24,000 nucleotides of DNA, from sequence record NC_062759.1, one strand, 5' to 3'. A program made the position numbers and the translations under genes. The stretch comes from Halorubrum tailed virus 25. The notes beneath the pieces are model-generated. The model searched no databases and had not been told where the DNA came from. It was given only the letters and a program-made list of their open reading frames with translations. The stretch's first letter is position 1; every line of letters begins with the position of its first letter. Shown piece by piece: positions 23,049 through 24,000 of the stretch.

Positions 23049-23934
23049 CCGGACGCAAGGGGCGAATATCCGGGCTCTTAACCCGAATGTTACGCACATT
23101 CAACCGCACTTCGAAGGGGGCTTACTTCGGCCCCCGAAGGGGCCGGGTAGGTCCAAGGTAGCACTATATTGTACTTTTTCCGGTGATTCACGGGCCGCAA
23201 CGCCCCGAGCCCCCGAAGGGGGGTTTTGCGCTTTTCACACAACACACACAAGCCCTTACGCGGTCTCTCGCCGCGAGTCGGGCCCTTACGGGCCCTTAAG
23301 GGGGCTTATCCTCCGGCCCTAACGATTATCGCTCGGGCGAGGATACGGGGCCGCTTACCACGGTTACCCGGTGCCTTTCGAACCTACCTACCTGAACAGG
23401 CACGACATAGCTCGGAACCCCGAGGGGCCCGAACCCGAGCGGCCTTGTTCGCCTCCGACCCCCGCTCACTTCTTGGGGGCTTTCATCGACATTATGGGTT
23501 AAGGGTGAGGAGTATATAAGGCCGTCGTTTTTGCTCAAGTGCCGATTTCAGCAAGAAGGGGGCTTGTACCGCCAGACTAACCTCAAGTATAGATACAGTA
23601 GCACGATATAACCGGGGAATAAAACCAAGTGGTAGCGCCTTCCCGCCGCAAGAGGCAAAACCGCAAGACGGCAAGGCCATTAGCGGGTAATATTACTCGG
23701 TTCCCTTAGCTGGCTTACACGACGGGGCGCGCCAACATGGCTTAAACGCCGAATACAAGCCTTTCGGGCCCTCTCCGGCCCTTTTAGCTATTCCACACAA
23801 GGGCCCCCATAACCCATTACGCATAGTAATATACCCTGCTTATCTTGCCGGTAAGAGGGGGCCGACCGCGGTATCACGAGGGGAGGGGCCCTTATATACC
23901 CTTTATATAGGGCCGTAGCTCCCACGAGGGAGGG

Positions 23935-23956
23935 AGTATATAAAGAGTATATAAAG
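23935..23956 (+). promoter_or_regulatory. tandem TATA-like repeat, possible promoter of a plus-strand gene beginning near 23973
   Basis: Exact tandem AGTATATAAAG AGTATATAAAG followed by ATGGGAGGGGCCCGC at 23973. Confidence 0.45.
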
Positions 23957-24000
23957 GGGGTTAGAACACGACATGGGAGGGGCCCGCCGTTACGTGACCT

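Larger units (their letters stand above)
22570..23960. other. hairpin-rich, apparently non-coding region
   Basis: No ORF with the acidic haloarchaeal profile on either strand; repeated perfect GC stems with CGAA tetraloops. Confidence 0.55.

Noticed and set aside
22502-23680. ORFs in the right-hand hairpin-rich region
   Set aside because: Arg/Pro-rich, stem-dominated translations without acidic bias; no family resemblance
23727-23734. GGCGCGCC palindrome
   Set aside because: A single GC-rich 8-mer expected by chance in this composition
1-24000. CRISPR array
   Set aside because: No regularly spaced direct repeats of 23-40 nt; the recurrent elements are dispersed at gene junctions
1-24000. 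Transposon or integrase
   Set aside because: No transposase or tyrosine/serine recombinase motifs noticed and no flanking terminal repeats

Overview
The window looks like an early/replication region of a haloarchaeal virus or plasmid. Coding is very dense, GC-rich and acidic, almost entirely on the minus strand, with many small Cys-pair (zinc-ribbon-like) ORFs. Recognisable proteins are an archaeo-eukaryotic primase-like protein, a P-loop ATPase with a C-terminal HTH, an HTH plus calcineurin-type metallophosphoesterase, an ERCC4/XPF-type nuclease, a TFIIB-type zinc-ribbon protein, a TFB-cyclin-like protein, a HAD-like phosphatase, a SprT-like protein and a divergent LAGLIDADG-like protein. 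No structural genes were seen. The most interesting content is non-coding: (1) at least nine copies of an intergenic element, placed just after one stop codon and just before the next start codon, with a conserved core (sense GTTTGAAATATACATGAAACC) flanked by arms whose sequences differ between copies but stay complementary; (2) a CAACC-type leader, AACCAAACCCAACC(N)ATG, in front of most genes instead of a Shine-Dalgarno; (3) a cluster of tRNA-like genes, one a plausible tRNA-Tyr(GUA), next to an apparent 23S rRNA-like fragment and a LAGLIDADG-like gene; (4) a 17-nt GAATAAGTGGGTGGAGA block next to TATA-like boxes; (5) compact tRNA-like folds reduced to a few arms; (6) a 1.4-kb right end without credible long ORFs, full of CGAA-capped GC hairpins and repeated TATATAA boxes. 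All identifications are from reading the sequence and from memory of protein and RNA families; no database search was run.
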